Part shown: in pieces, positions 15,365 to 23,720 of the stretch
Position numbering within the stretch: the first letter of the stretch is position 1
How the letters are laid out: each line of letters starts with the position of its first letter
Origin: Nanoarchaeota archaeon SCGC AAA011-G17
Lineage (GTDB): Archaea; Nanobdellota; Nanobdellia; SCGC-AAA011-G17
Reading direction: 5' to 3'
NCBI GenBank assembly: GCA_000402515.1
Contig: AQRL01000029.1
Coordinates: 1 to 32,000, forward strand
Length of the DNA: 32,000 nt
Notes under the pieces: model-generated
Databases searched by the model: none
Seen by the model: only the letters and a program-made list of their open reading frames with translations
Told to the model about the DNA's origin: nothing
Position numbers and translations under genes: made by a program

Positions 15365-18298
15365 ATGGGGGATAAAATAATACAGCCAGAGATTAATATA
15401 GGTCTCGTGGGTCATGTCGACCACGGAAAATGTCTTTCTGTAGATGAAACTGTATTAATAAATAATAAATTAATCAAAGGAAGAGAGTTAATAAATTTAG
15501 CTAAAAATAAAGGCAGACTTATCTATAAAAAAGAAAATGAAGAAGCATACGATATCGATAATTTGTACACATATTCCTTGGATAATAGATTGAATATAAG
15601 AAGAGCAAAGGCAAAACTATTTTGTCAAAAATATAAAGGAAAATTAAACTTTATTAAAACATTAACTGGGAGAGAGATCAGACTTACTAAATCTCACCCT
15701 TTATTAGTAAACAGGAATGGGAATTTATCCTGGCTGTCCAGTGATAAAATAGAAGAAGGGGATTATATTGCTGTATTAAGAAATTTAAATATTCCATCTA
15801 ATAAGAATTATGATAAAAATTATTTGGATAGATTAAAGGAAGTATACTATATTATCATTAAAAAAGATTTTTTATATATCAAAAGAAAGACAAATAATTT
15901 TAAAAATTTAGAAATTTGTAGTTATGAAGATTTAGATTTGATAAGAAAATTACTTATGCAATCTAGAAATAACTTTGAAAAAAATTGTAAATTAAATGGG
16001 GGAGTTCTAAGTGATATTGATAAAAAGAAATATAATTTAAGCAATGACAATAAACAAAAAATAATAGCTTATCTGCAAAAAATGAAAATTGCTCCATTGA
16101 ATAAAGATGAGATTATATTTTGTGATAAAAAAAATTGTAAGCGACAGTTTGTTAAATTTAGAGAAATGAAATTTGATGAGAACTTTGTTAAATTTTTAGC
16201 ATTTTTTATAGCTGAAGGATATGCTGATCATAAGAGGGTTAGTTTATGTCAAAGAAATTATAAATATATGAGAAATGAAGTTTTAGATTATTTATCCAGT
16301 TTAGGTTTGGATTATAAAAAAATAAGTGATAAAGATTTTCATTATGACTATAAATCATTTGTAGATTACTTAAAATTCAAATTTGACCTAAAAACAGGTA
16401 ATAGCAGAGAGAGTGGAATTCCTAACTGGTTATTAAATTTATCTAAGAATCATAAAAAATTGTTCTTAAAATGGTTTTTTACTTTTGAAGCAGAAGCTAA
16501 TAATAAATCAGGCCAAATTAACTTAAGTCAAGCCAATAAGGATAATATAAATATCTTATCTTATATTCTATCTGAATTTGGGATAATTACCAACCTAAGT
16601 AAATCACAAAAATGTGCCACCAATAGTAAGCTAAAGAAAAAAAGAATTTATTATTATTTGTCAATATCTGGTTATGAGAATTTAATGCTTTTTTTACAGA
16701 GAATTGGTTTTAACGATGAGAACAAAAATAATAAAATTATAAGTTATATAAATAGTCTTTCTAAAAAAAGAATTGGAAAAAGAATATTCACACCTGTGAA
16801 CATTGATGAATTTAAAAATTTTATTAATGAAACATTTACAGATAAAAAAAACAGAAAATGGTATAAGAATATAGATGAAGTCAAAAAAAAAGGTAAAATA
16901 AGTGATTTTTTTATTAATAATATTTTAAGAGATTCAAAAAATAAAGAATTATCAAAAAAATCTAAACTTTTTATTAATTATTTAAAAAATTCATTTACTG
17001 GTCCTATATTTTATGATAAAGTTAATAAAATTTCTGAGGTAGATTACGATGACTATCTAATAGATCTAACTGTTCCAAAATATCATAATTTCTTTGGAGG
17101 ATATGGGGGAGTACTTTGTCATAATACTACATTGGTTTCTAGATTATCCGGAAAATGGACAGACACCCATAGTGAGGAACTCAAAAGAGGGATTACTATC
17201 AGATTAGGCTATGCTGATGCTGTTTTTTACAGATGCGAAAAATGCGAAAAGTATGGGGTAAGTGAGAAATGCAGCTGCGGCGGAAAAGCAAGTGTATTAA
17301 GGAAGGTCAGCTTTATTGATGCTCCCGGCCATGAAACTCTAATGGCTACGATGCTATCCGGCGCTGCTATAATGGATGCTGCTTTATTATTAATTGCTGC
17401 AAATGAGGAATGCCCCCAGCCACAAACGAGAGAGCATTTAATGGCTTTAGAAATTATTGGAGTAAAAAATATTATAATTATACAGAATAAGATTGATTTA
17501 GTTGATAAAGAAAATGCCATAAAAAATTATGAACAAATTAAGAATTTTATCAAGGGAACTATTGCTGAAAGGGCTACAATAATTCCTATAAGTGCACAGC
17601 AGAATATCAACATTGATTTACTGGTTGAAGAGATAGAAAAAAATTTTAAGACCCCAAAAAGAGATTTGGATAAAGACCCGTTAATTTATATTGCCCGAAG
17701 CTTTGATATTAACAGACCAGGAAGTGAATGGGAAGATTTAGCCGGGGGAGTACTTGGCGGGGCATTAAAGCAGGGAAAATTAAGCATTAATCAGGAGATT
17801 GAAATAAGGCCTGGATTAAAAGAAGAGGGAAAACAAAGCAAATGGAAGAGTGTAAGAACAAAAATAATAGGATTAAAGGTTGGTGGGGAGAGTGTTAAAG
17901 AAATTACTCCTGGCGGAAGCTGCGGGATAATGACAGAGCTAGATCCATCAATTGTCAAAGCAGATAATTTAGCCGGAAGTGTTCTTGGCTTACCTGATAA
18001 AATGCCTGATGTTTTCAATGAGTTAAATTTAAAAATCAAGCTGTTAGACAGGGTTGTAGGAGCAAAGGATGATTTGGTTGTTGAACCAATCAAAAGGGGG
18101 GAATCATTAATGATAAATGTTAACAGTTCTGTAAGTGTTGGCATTGTAGATAATCTTAAAAAAGATATTGTACATCTTATATTGAGGAGACCTTTATGCA
18201 TTGCAGAAAAAGACATGGTTACTCTGTCCAGAATGATTGGTGCAAGATGGAGATTAATAGGGATTGCTGAATTAGAAAATGGGACAAGAAGAAGTTAA
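15365..18298 (+). CDS. eif2g: translation initiation factor aIF2 gamma subunit, intein-containing precursor
   Basis: The exteins read LVGHVDHGK | TTLVSRLSGKWTDTHSEELKRGITI, followed by the Cys knuckle CEKCEKYGVSEKCSCGG, DAPGHE, NKIDL and SAQ. The spliced length would be 412 aa. Confidence 0.95.
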   Translation: MGDKIIQPEINIGLVGHVDHGKCLSVDETVLINNKLIKGRELINLAKNKGRLIYKKENEEAYDIDNLYTYSLDNRLNIRRAKAKLFCQKYKGKLNFIKTLTGREIRLTKSHPLLVNRNGNLSWLSSDKIEEGDYIAVLRNLNIPSNKNYDKNYLDRLKEVYYIIIKKDFLYIKRKTNNFKNLEICSYEDLDLIRKLLMQSRNNFEKNCKLNGGVLSDIDKKKYNLSNDNKQKIIAYLQKMKIAPLNKDEIIFCDKKNCKRQFVKFREMKFDENFVKFLAFFIAEGYADHKRVSLCQRNYKYMRNEVLDYLSSLGLDYKKISDKDFHYDYKSFVDYLKFKFDLKTGNSRESGIPNWLLNLSKNHKKLFLKWFFTFEAEANNKSGQINLSQANKDNINILSYILSEFGIITNLSKSQKCATNSKLKKKRIYYYLSISGYENLMLFLQRIGFNDENKNNKIISYINSLSKKRIGKRIFTPVNIDEFKNFINETFTDKKNRKWYKNIDEVKKKGKISDFFINNILRDSKNKELSKKSKLFINYLKNSFTGPIFYDKVNKISEVDYDDYLIDLTVPKYHNFFGGYGGVLCHNTTLVSRLSGKWTDTHSEELKRGITIRLGYADAVFYRCEKCEKYGVSEKCSCGGKASVLRKVSFIDAPGHETLMATMLSGAAIMDAALLLIAANEECPQPQTREHLMALEIIGVKNIIIIQNKIDLVDKENAIKNYEQIKNFIKGTIAERATIIPISAQQNINIDLLVEEIEKNFKTPKRDLDKDPLIYIARSFDINRPGSEWEDLAGGVLGGALKQGKLSINQEIEIRPGLKEEGKQSKWKSVRTKIIGLKVGGESVKEITPGGSCGIMTELDPSIVKADNLAGSVLGLPDKMPDVFNELNLKIKLLDRVVGAKDDLVVEPIKRGESLMINVNSSVSVGIVDNLKKDIVHLILRRPLCIAEKDMVTLSRMIGARWRLIGIAELENGTRRS
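15431..17125 (+). mobile_element. intein (565 aa) with a LAGLIDADG-type endonuclease domain, inserted in the aIF2-gamma P-loop
   Basis: Starts with Cys (CLSVDETVLINN) directly after GHVDHGK. Has a TxxH block (TKSH), LAGLIDADG-like motifs FLAFFIAEGYAD and FLKWFFTFEAEAN, and ends ...GGVLCHN followed by Thr at +1. Confidence 0.88.
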
Positions 18299-18539
18299 AA
18301 GAGAGTTAAAAAAAAGCGATGGATGGCTATTAAGCCACGAGATAGCTGGAAGAACAGGGCAGAGCTTAACATCTGTTCAGGCTGCCTTAAGAAGAATGGT
18401 TAAATGGGGAGATGTCCGGAGGAAAAATGCTGCAGAGGTTATAAAAGATTCCAGCAGATTAGCCAAAAAATGTTTTGCAGGCTTTGCCTACAAGTTAAAT
18501 AATGAAAAGAAAAATGATGAAAAGATTAAGATTAAATGA
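18279..18539 (+). CDS. small winged-helix DNA-binding protein
   Basis: LSHEIAGRTGQSLTSVQAALRRMVKWGDVRRK looks like an HTH plus wing. Overlaps the eif2g 3' end by 20 nt. Confidence 0.5.
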   Translation: MGQEEVKRELKKSDGWLLSHEIAGRTGQSLTSVQAALRRMVKWGDVRRKNAAEVIKDSSRLAKKCFAGFAYKLNNEKKNDEKIKIK

Positions 18540-19104
18540 GGGCGAGGGCCTGGAACTTTTAAAGGCATGGGTTGCAATAAGCCTTGCATTTGCTATTGTT
18601 TTGAATGAAAATATTTTTTCTTCAAGTTTTGTTTTAACTTTATTATTAGCTGGATTAACTGTTGGTATCGGCTTTCTTGCCCACGAGATGGCTCATAAGG
18701 TTGTTGCACAGAGGTATGGATGCTATGCTGAATTCAAATCATTTAACGGCATGCTTGTACTGGCAGTTCTAATGAGTTTTTTCGGATTTGTATTTGCTGC
18801 TCCTGGCGCTGTTTTTATTAATGGGTATGTGAATATTGAGAAGAATGGAAAAATTTCACTTTCCGGACCCTTGACTAATTTAATACTGGCTGCTTTATTT
18901 TTTATTTTAAATATGATAATCAGCACTGGCTTTTGGTCACAGGTTTTTGGATATGGCTTTATGATTAATACCTGGCTGGCTTTATTCAATATGATTCCGG
19001 TGTGGAATTTAGACGGAACAAAGATATTAATGTGGAATAAGACAGTTTACTTTGGAGTTATTATAGCTGGTTTGATTTTCTTTTTTAGCGGATGGATGTT
19101 TTAG
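18502..19104 (+). CDS. site-2 protease family (M50) membrane metalloprotease
   Basis: HEMAHK (HExxH) in a TM helix, and NMIPVWNLDGTKIL (NxxPxxxLDG). Multiple TM segments. Confidence 0.85.
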   Translation: MKRKMMKRLRLNEGEGLELLKAWVAISLAFAIVLNENIFSSSFVLTLLLAGLTVGIGFLAHEMAHKVVAQRYGCYAEFKSFNGMLVLAVLMSFFGFVFAAPGAVFINGYVNIEKNGKISLSGPLTNLILAALFFILNMIISTGFWSQVFGYGFMINTWLALFNMIPVWNLDGTKILMWNKTVYFGVIIAGLIFFFSGWMF

Positions 19105-19107
19105 AAA
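19084..19107 (+). repeat. direct repeat copy 1 (tttagcggatggatgttttagaaa)
   Basis: Matches 19878-19901 at 22 of 24 positions. Covers the last codons and stop of the M50 protease gene. Confidence 0.85.
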
Positions 19108-19872
19108 ATGAATTTTTTTAAAAAGTTGGAGAGAGAGATTGAATTATCAGACTTAATAGATGAATCAAATGACAAAAAATTTGAAAAAAAGTTGGATTTA
19201 TGGTTTATTAGTGTACTTGACAGAGGAATAAACTTGTTTCCAAAGAGTCCTAGACTTTATTTTGTAAGGGGGGTATTAAAATTTAAATACAATAGTCTAG
19301 AGGAAGCGCTTAATGATTTTACAAAGACCGACTCATTGTTAAATTCTTCCAAACCCTCTCCTATTTTTTATCGTGGATTGGTTTTCTTTAGATTGAAAGA
19401 ATTTGAAAAATCTAGAGAAGAATATAATAAAGCTATTAGGTTAGATTCTAATAATGTAACATTATATTTTTTTCGAGCACTTGTTTATGAAAAATTAAAT
19501 GAGCATAAAAGAGCTATTGAAGATCTTGATCAATCAATAAAAATATGCCCTACTTCTTCAAGACTATATAACCACAAAGCAGTTATTAGAATGAATAGTG
19601 ATTTAACCTGTGCCATTGAAGATTTTAATAAAGCAATAGAATTAAATCCAAATGAGGGGACATTCTCAGCAAATAGGGCTGTTTTGAAAAATAAACTTGG
19701 GGATTATCTTGGAGCAGAAAGGGATTTTATAAATGCGTTAAATTTGGGTTATAAAAATGTTGCTGGGTTGTTAAGACGAAGAGGGCTTAATAGAGAAAGT
19801 CTTGGAGATTATGAAGGTGCAAAATCTGATTTATTATTGTATGAAAAACTAAATAAATTAAAAGAAAAATAA
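19108..19872 (+). CDS. tetratricopeptide repeat (TPR) protein
   Basis: Repeated 34-aa units with the A..DF.KAI.L.P pattern, for example AIEDLDQSIKICP and AIEDFNKAIELNP. Confidence 0.85.
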   Translation: MNFFKKLEREIELSDLIDESNDKKFEKKLDLWFISVLDRGINLFPKSPRLYFVRGVLKFKYNSLEEALNDFTKTDSLLNSSKPSPIFYRGLVFFRLKEFEKSREEYNKAIRLDSNNVTLYFFRALVYEKLNEHKRAIEDLDQSIKICPTSSRLYNHKAVIRMNSDLTCAIEDFNKAIELNPNEGTFSANRAVLKNKLGDYLGAERDFINALNLGYKNVAGLLRRRGLNRESLGDYEGAKSDLLLYEKLNKLKEK

Positions 19873-19877
19873 ATTTG

Positions 19878-19901
19878 TTTGGCGGATGGATGATTTAGAA
19901 A
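19878..19901 (+). repeat. direct repeat copy 2 (tttggcggatggatgatttagaaa)
   Basis: Non-coding copy of the M50 3' end, lying immediately after the TPR gene stop. Confidence 0.85.
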
Positions 19902-19912
19902 GGCTTAAAAAT
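19899..19912 (+). promoter_or_regulatory. candidate BRE/TATA promoter (aaaggcttaaaaat)
   Basis: Identical 14-mer to the one upstream of infB. It overlaps the ORF-track ATG at 19911. Confidence 0.3.
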
Positions 19913-20345
19913 GTTAAAATATGTTTTAAATTGGGGTGATGGTACCTCAGAGCCTATTCTGGATAAAAAAATGACAGTAGAATTATCTGAATGTGAAAGG
20001 AATGCAGAATTTTATTATCATGGAACTAGTAAGAAGTATCTTGTAGAACAGACGGATGAGAATGGAAGATTTATGCCAGAATATAAAACACCTTATCCTG
20101 AACCAATATTTGTTGCCGTGGAGTATTTTGTTTCTGAAGGGTATGCTCAAAACCAGACTGTAAGATGGAGGAGTGGAGACAAATATTCTCTTGTTCCTGT
20201 TGTTTTAAAAATCAATGGAGATAAAGTCAGAGACAGGGTTTATGTTCATCCTCAGATAGATGATATTTGTGTAGATTATTTAGATAAAGGTGAGTTTGAA
20301 GTCTTAGAACTTAGGGTTGATAAAAAAATATTGGCTATGCATTAA
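19911..20345 (+). CDS. hypothetical protein (start possibly at 19971)
   Basis: 144-aa ORF. The first ATG lies inside the TATA-like motif, so the in-frame Met at 19971 (MTVELSE...) may be the real start. Confidence 0.5.
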   Translation: MLKYVLNWGDGTSEPILDKKMTVELSECERNAEFYYHGTSKKYLVEQTDENGRFMPEYKTPYPEPIFVAVEYFVSEGYAQNQTVRWRSGDKYSLVPVVLKINGDKVRDRVYVHPQIDDICVDYLDKGEFEVLELRVDKKILAMH

Positions 20346-20425
20346 AAAACTGTATAATCTTGTTATTTCTTTATAACTTTAAATTTTATTTTTCTAAATT
20401 TGTGAATATTCTTTCTGTTATATTA

Positions 20426-21175
20426 CTATTCCAATAAAAGCAAGAATAACATTACTGATACACCAAGTATGAAAAAGATTAATTGAAATAATGATTTTTT
20501 CAGGTTACATTCCTTATGCAATTCTGGGATTAAATCTGACCCAGCTATATAAATAAAACTTCCTGCTGCAAATGGAATTAAGAATAATGTAATGTTTTCT
20601 GCTTTTGAGCTTAATGATAAAGATATAATTACTCCAATAATTGATGTTAGTGCTGTAAGGAAGTTAAGGAAAATTGCTTTTGTTTTTGAAAATCCTCCAT
20701 GAATCAATATTCCAAAATCTCCAATTTCCTGGGGTATTTCATGCAGGATTACAGCAATGGTTGTTGCTATACCCACCTGGATAGTTACCAGATAACTTGC
20801 CCCTATAATTAATCCATCTATAAAATTATGAACAGAATCACCAAAAAGATTCATTATTGAGAATGAATGCACATGGGTTTTAGTAATCGGCAGATGGCAA
20901 TGCCTCCAATGAATAACTTTTTCAACAAAGAGAGAGAATGCTATTCCTGATAAAATGTAAATAGAAATATTAAATGTAAATCCCTGTTTTTCAACTATTC
21001 CTGGAAGAAGATGGATGAATGCATCCCCAAATAAAGCTCCTGCTGAGAAGGCAATCATATAAATCAAAAACTGTCTTAATCTTTCTGTACTTATTGGCAA
21101 AGTGATAATCCCAACTAAGGAGATTAAACTAACTATTAATACACTTATCAATGAATATAACCAAGTTTCTATCAT
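20426..21175 (-). CDS. zupT: ZIP family divalent metal (zinc) transporter
   Basis: HEIPQEIGDFGILIHGG signature, HNFIDGLIIG, and about 8 TM helices. Confidence 0.9.
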   Translation of the reverse strand: MIETWLYSLISVLIVSLISLVGIITLPISTERLRQFLIYMIAFSAGALFGDAFIHLLPGIVEKQGFTFNISIYILSGIAFSLFVEKVIHWRHCHLPITKTHVHSFSIMNLFGDSVHNFIDGLIIGASYLVTIQVGIATTIAVILHEIPQEIGDFGILIHGGFSKTKAIFLNFLTALTSIIGVIISLSLSSKAENITLFLIPFAAGSFIYIAGSDLIPELHKECNLKKSLFQLIFFILGVSVMLFLLLLE

Positions 21176-21255
21176 ATTTGATAATAATGTTTGTTAGTAT
21201 TTAAACTTTATTTATATTGCAGGGAACCAAAATATTTAAATAGTAGTTAATATTA

Positions 21256-21274
21256 ATTAATAATCATTATTAAT
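21256..21274. promoter_or_regulatory. perfect 9-1-9 palindrome, candidate Fur-family (Zur/PerR/Fur) operator
   Basis: attaataat-c-attattaat. Its core TAATAATcATTATTA has the 7-1-7 architecture of Fur-family boxes. It ends 6 nt before the fur-family ATG, in the divergent spacer shared with the ZIP gene. Confidence 0.5.
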
Positions 21275-21280
21275 AACAAA

Positions 21281-21658
21281 ATGACTACACGAATGACAAA
21301 CCAGAGAATAAAAATATTAAACTACCTAAAGAGTGTTGATAACCATCCTAATGCAGAGGCGGTTTATGATAATGTTGTAAAAGAGCTACCACAAATAACT
21401 TTAGCTACTGTTTACAGAAATTTAAACTTATTAGCTGAACAGGGAGAGATATTAAGGCTCGAAATAGGCAGCGAATACAGATACGACGCAAGGGTGGGGT
21501 TTCACCAGCACCTTATCTGCAAAAAATGTAAAAAAATTATTGATATATTCCAAAAAAATATTCCGGAAGATACAATAAAAAAAATAAAAAACAAAGAATT
21601 TACAACTGAATCAGTAATAGTTGTATTTTACGGCTATTGTAAAAAATGCGGAGAGTAA
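21281..21658 (+). CDS. fur: Fur family transcriptional regulator (Zur/PerR-like)
   Basis: N-terminal wHTH (ATVYRNLNLLAEQGEI), HQHLIC, and two CxxC pairs (CKKCKK and CKKCGE). Confidence 0.9.
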   Translation: MTTRMTNQRIKILNYLKSVDNHPNAEAVYDNVVKELPQITLATVYRNLNLLAEQGEILRLEIGSEYRYDARVGFHQHLICKKCKKIIDIFQKNIPEDTIKKIKNKEFTTESVIVVFYGYCKKCGE

Positions 21659-21659
21659 G

Positions 21660-21785
21660 ATGATAAAAGAAGAAAAAAAATTGATCAAGGAATTAAAGTG
21701 CCCGGATTTATGCTATCTTGAATCAAAAAAAAGACTAAAAAAAATTGTTAAGAATGAAAGGGAGGATAAAGAGTGTGAATGCTAA
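21660..21785 (+). CDS. Cys-containing 41-aa micro-ORF
   Basis: Hand translation: MIKEEKKLIKELKCPDLCYLESKKRLKKIVKNEREDKECEC. Tightly packed between the fur stop and the nitroreductase ATG, with GGAGAG upstream. Confidence 0.2.
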   Translation: MIKEEKKLIKELKCPDLCYLESKKRLKKIVKNEREDKECEC

Positions 21786-21786
21786 A

Positions 21787-22368
21787 ATGGAACATAAAAT
21801 AAATAACAGGAAAGGTGAATATAAGGTTGATAAATTATTTCCTAGCAGATGGTCTCCTAGAGCAATGTCTGGAGCGGTAACTAAGGAAGAGCTTATGACT
21901 TTATTTGAAGCTGCAAGATGGGCGCCTTCTTCATATAATAATCAGCCGTGGAGATTTATATATAGTCTAAAGGGGACAAAACACTGGAATAAATTCTTTA
22001 ATTTACTTGGAGATTTCAACAAAATGTGGGTTAAGAATGCTGGAGCTTTAATACTCATTGTTTCAAAGAAAACATTTGACCATAATGGAGAATTATCAAT
22101 AACACATTCCTTTGATGCTGGTGCTGCCTGGCAAAATTTGGCTTTACAGGGATCAATAACAGGGCTTGTTGTTCATGGAATGCAGGGGTTTGATTATGTT
22201 AAGGCGAAAACAGAGTTGAATATTTCTGATGAATATGATGTAGAAGCAATTATTGCTATTGGCAAACCAGGAAAAAAAGAAGATTTACCAAAAGAAATAC
22301 AGGAAAGAGAGTTCCCAAGCGACAGAAAAAAGATTTCAGAAATAGCACTTGAGGGGGGATTTAAATGA
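21787..22368 (+). CDS. nitroreductase family protein
   Basis: SRWSPRAMSG...EAARWAPSSYNNQPWRFIY core. I prefer the ATG at 21787 (GGGAGG upstream) over the TTG at 21745. Confidence 0.85.
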   Translation: MEHKINNRKGEYKVDKLFPSRWSPRAMSGAVTKEELMTLFEAARWAPSSYNNQPWRFIYSLKGTKHWNKFFNLLGDFNKMWVKNAGALILIVSKKTFDHNGELSITHSFDAGAAWQNLALQGSITGLVVHGMQGFDYVKAKTELNISDEYDVEAIIAIGKPGKKEDLPKEIQEREFPSDRKKISEIALEGGFK

Positions 22369-22484
22369 TGTACGGATATGGTTATAGTATGATGTTTTTT
22401 GGATGGATAACTTGGATACTTATTATTGCGCTTATTATTGCTGCAATTTATTGGTTAATTAAGACGGCAGATAAGAAGAAATAA
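22365..22484 (+). CDS. 39-aa single-TM micro-protein
   Basis: Hand translation: MMYGYGYSMMFFGWITWILIIALIIAAIYWLIKTADKKK. ATGA overlap with the nitroreductase stop. Confidence 0.35.
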   Translation: MMYGYGYSMMFFGWITWILIIALIIAAIYWLIKTADKKK

Positions 22485-22508
22485 ACAAAATATTTGGAGG
22501 CGATTTAA

Positions 22509-23111
22509 ATGTACAAACTTGAACCATTGCCATATCCATATGGCTTTTTGGAACCGTATATAGATTCAAAAACTATGGAGATTCATCATGATAAGCATCA
22601 CCAAACATATGTTGATAAATTGAATGTTGCTTTGGAAAAACATAAAGAATTGCAGAACAAAAAAGTTAATGAGCTTTTAGAAAATTTAAACAAGATCCCT
22701 GAAGAAATAAGGAATGCTGTCAGAAATAATGGCGGAGGTCATGCAAATCATTCTTTTTTCTGGCCATTATTAAAAAAGGATGTTAAATTTGAAGGCAAGA
22801 TTGCAGATGCTATAAATAAAAGATTTGGAAGTTTTGAGAAATTCAAAGAAGAATTCAGCAATGCTGCAATAAACAGATTTGGCAGCGGATGGGCATGGTT
22901 GGTTTTGGATAAAGGAAAATTAGAAATAGTGAGTAGTGCAAATCAGGACAGCCCATTATCAGAAGGGAAAATTCCATTATTAACATTAGATGTATGGGAG
23001 CATGCTTATTATCTGAAATACCAAAATAGGAGAGCAGAATATGTTAGTGCCTTCTTCAATATTATAAATTGGAAAAAAGTAAATGAAAATTTTGTTAATA
23101 TGAAAAAATAA
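22509..23111 (+). CDS. sodA: Fe/Mn superoxide dismutase
   Basis: [40 protein letters not shown] and [15 protein letters not shown]. Confidence 0.95.
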   Translation: MYKLEPLPYPYGFLEPYIDSKTMEIHHDKHHQTYVDKLNVALEKHKELQNKKVNELLENLNKIPEEIRNAVRNNGGGHANHSFFWPLLKKDVKFEGKIADAINKRFGSFEKFKEEFSNAAINRFGSGWAWLVLDKGKLEIVSSANQDSPLSEGKIPLLTLDVWEHAYYLKYQNRRAEYVSAFFNIINWKKVNENFVNMKK

Positions 23112-23130
23112 TATTTTAAAGAGGTGTGAT

Positions 23131-23274
23131 ATGAAACAAAAAACATGTACTAGGTGCTGCCAGCCAATAACAAAAAGCGGGCTTAAAAATCCGTATTTAT
23201 GCAGAGAATGCGAAAAAATTAGTGAAAATAGCCCGCATGAAAAATTTGCATGCTTAGATGTTATGCAGGGATAA
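23131..23274 (+). CDS. 47-aa zinc-ribbon-like micro-protein
   Basis: Hand translation: MKQKTCTRCCQPITKSGLKNPYLCRECEKISENSPHEKFACLDVMQG. Good Shine-Dalgarno sequence (AGAGGTG) 6 nt upstream. Contains CxxC...CxxC. Confidence 0.4.
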   Translation: MKQKTCTRCCQPITKSGLKNPYLCRECEKISENSPHEKFACLDVMQG

Positions 23275-23275
23275 T

Positions 23276-23698
23276 ATGAAAAAAATATATTTTGTTTTGA
23301 TTGGGTTGATTTTCATAGCAGGATGCGCATACAGCGATAATGCAACCAAAAAGGAATCAGCACCTATCAACGAGGAAACAACAAATCAAGGAATAACACA
23401 AAGTATAGAGAAACCAAAAGAAGAGATAAAGGAATTTGATATTACGGCAAAAACATTTGAATTCAATCCCAGTATAATAAGGGTAAATAAGGGAGATAGA
23501 GTAAAACTAATAATAAAAAGCACAGATGTAACACACGGGTTTGAGATTAAGGAATATAACATCAGAGAAACTCTTTATCCTAATGAGCCAGTAACTGTAG
23601 AGTTTACTGCCGATAAAGCAGGAGAATTTATATTTAAATGTAATATTCCCTGCGGCTCCGGGCATAAAGAAATGAATGGAAAATTGATAGTAGAATAA
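23276..23698 (+). CDS. cupredoxin-fold lipoprotein with a complete CuA-type ligand set
   Basis: Lipobox LIFIAGC. VTHGF, then 34 residues, then CNIPCGSGHKEM, which gives H-x34-C-x3-C-x3-H-x2-M as in COX2/NosZ CuA centres. Confidence 0.8.
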   Translation: MKKIYFVLIGLIFIAGCAYSDNATKKESAPINEETTNQGITQSIEKPKEEIKEFDITAKTFEFNPSIIRVNKGDRVKLIIKSTDVTHGFEIKEYNIRETLYPNEPVTVEFTADKAGEFIFKCNIPCGSGHKEMNGKLIVE

Positions 23699-23720
23699 AA
23701 TAAAAATTGGGGGTGATTAT

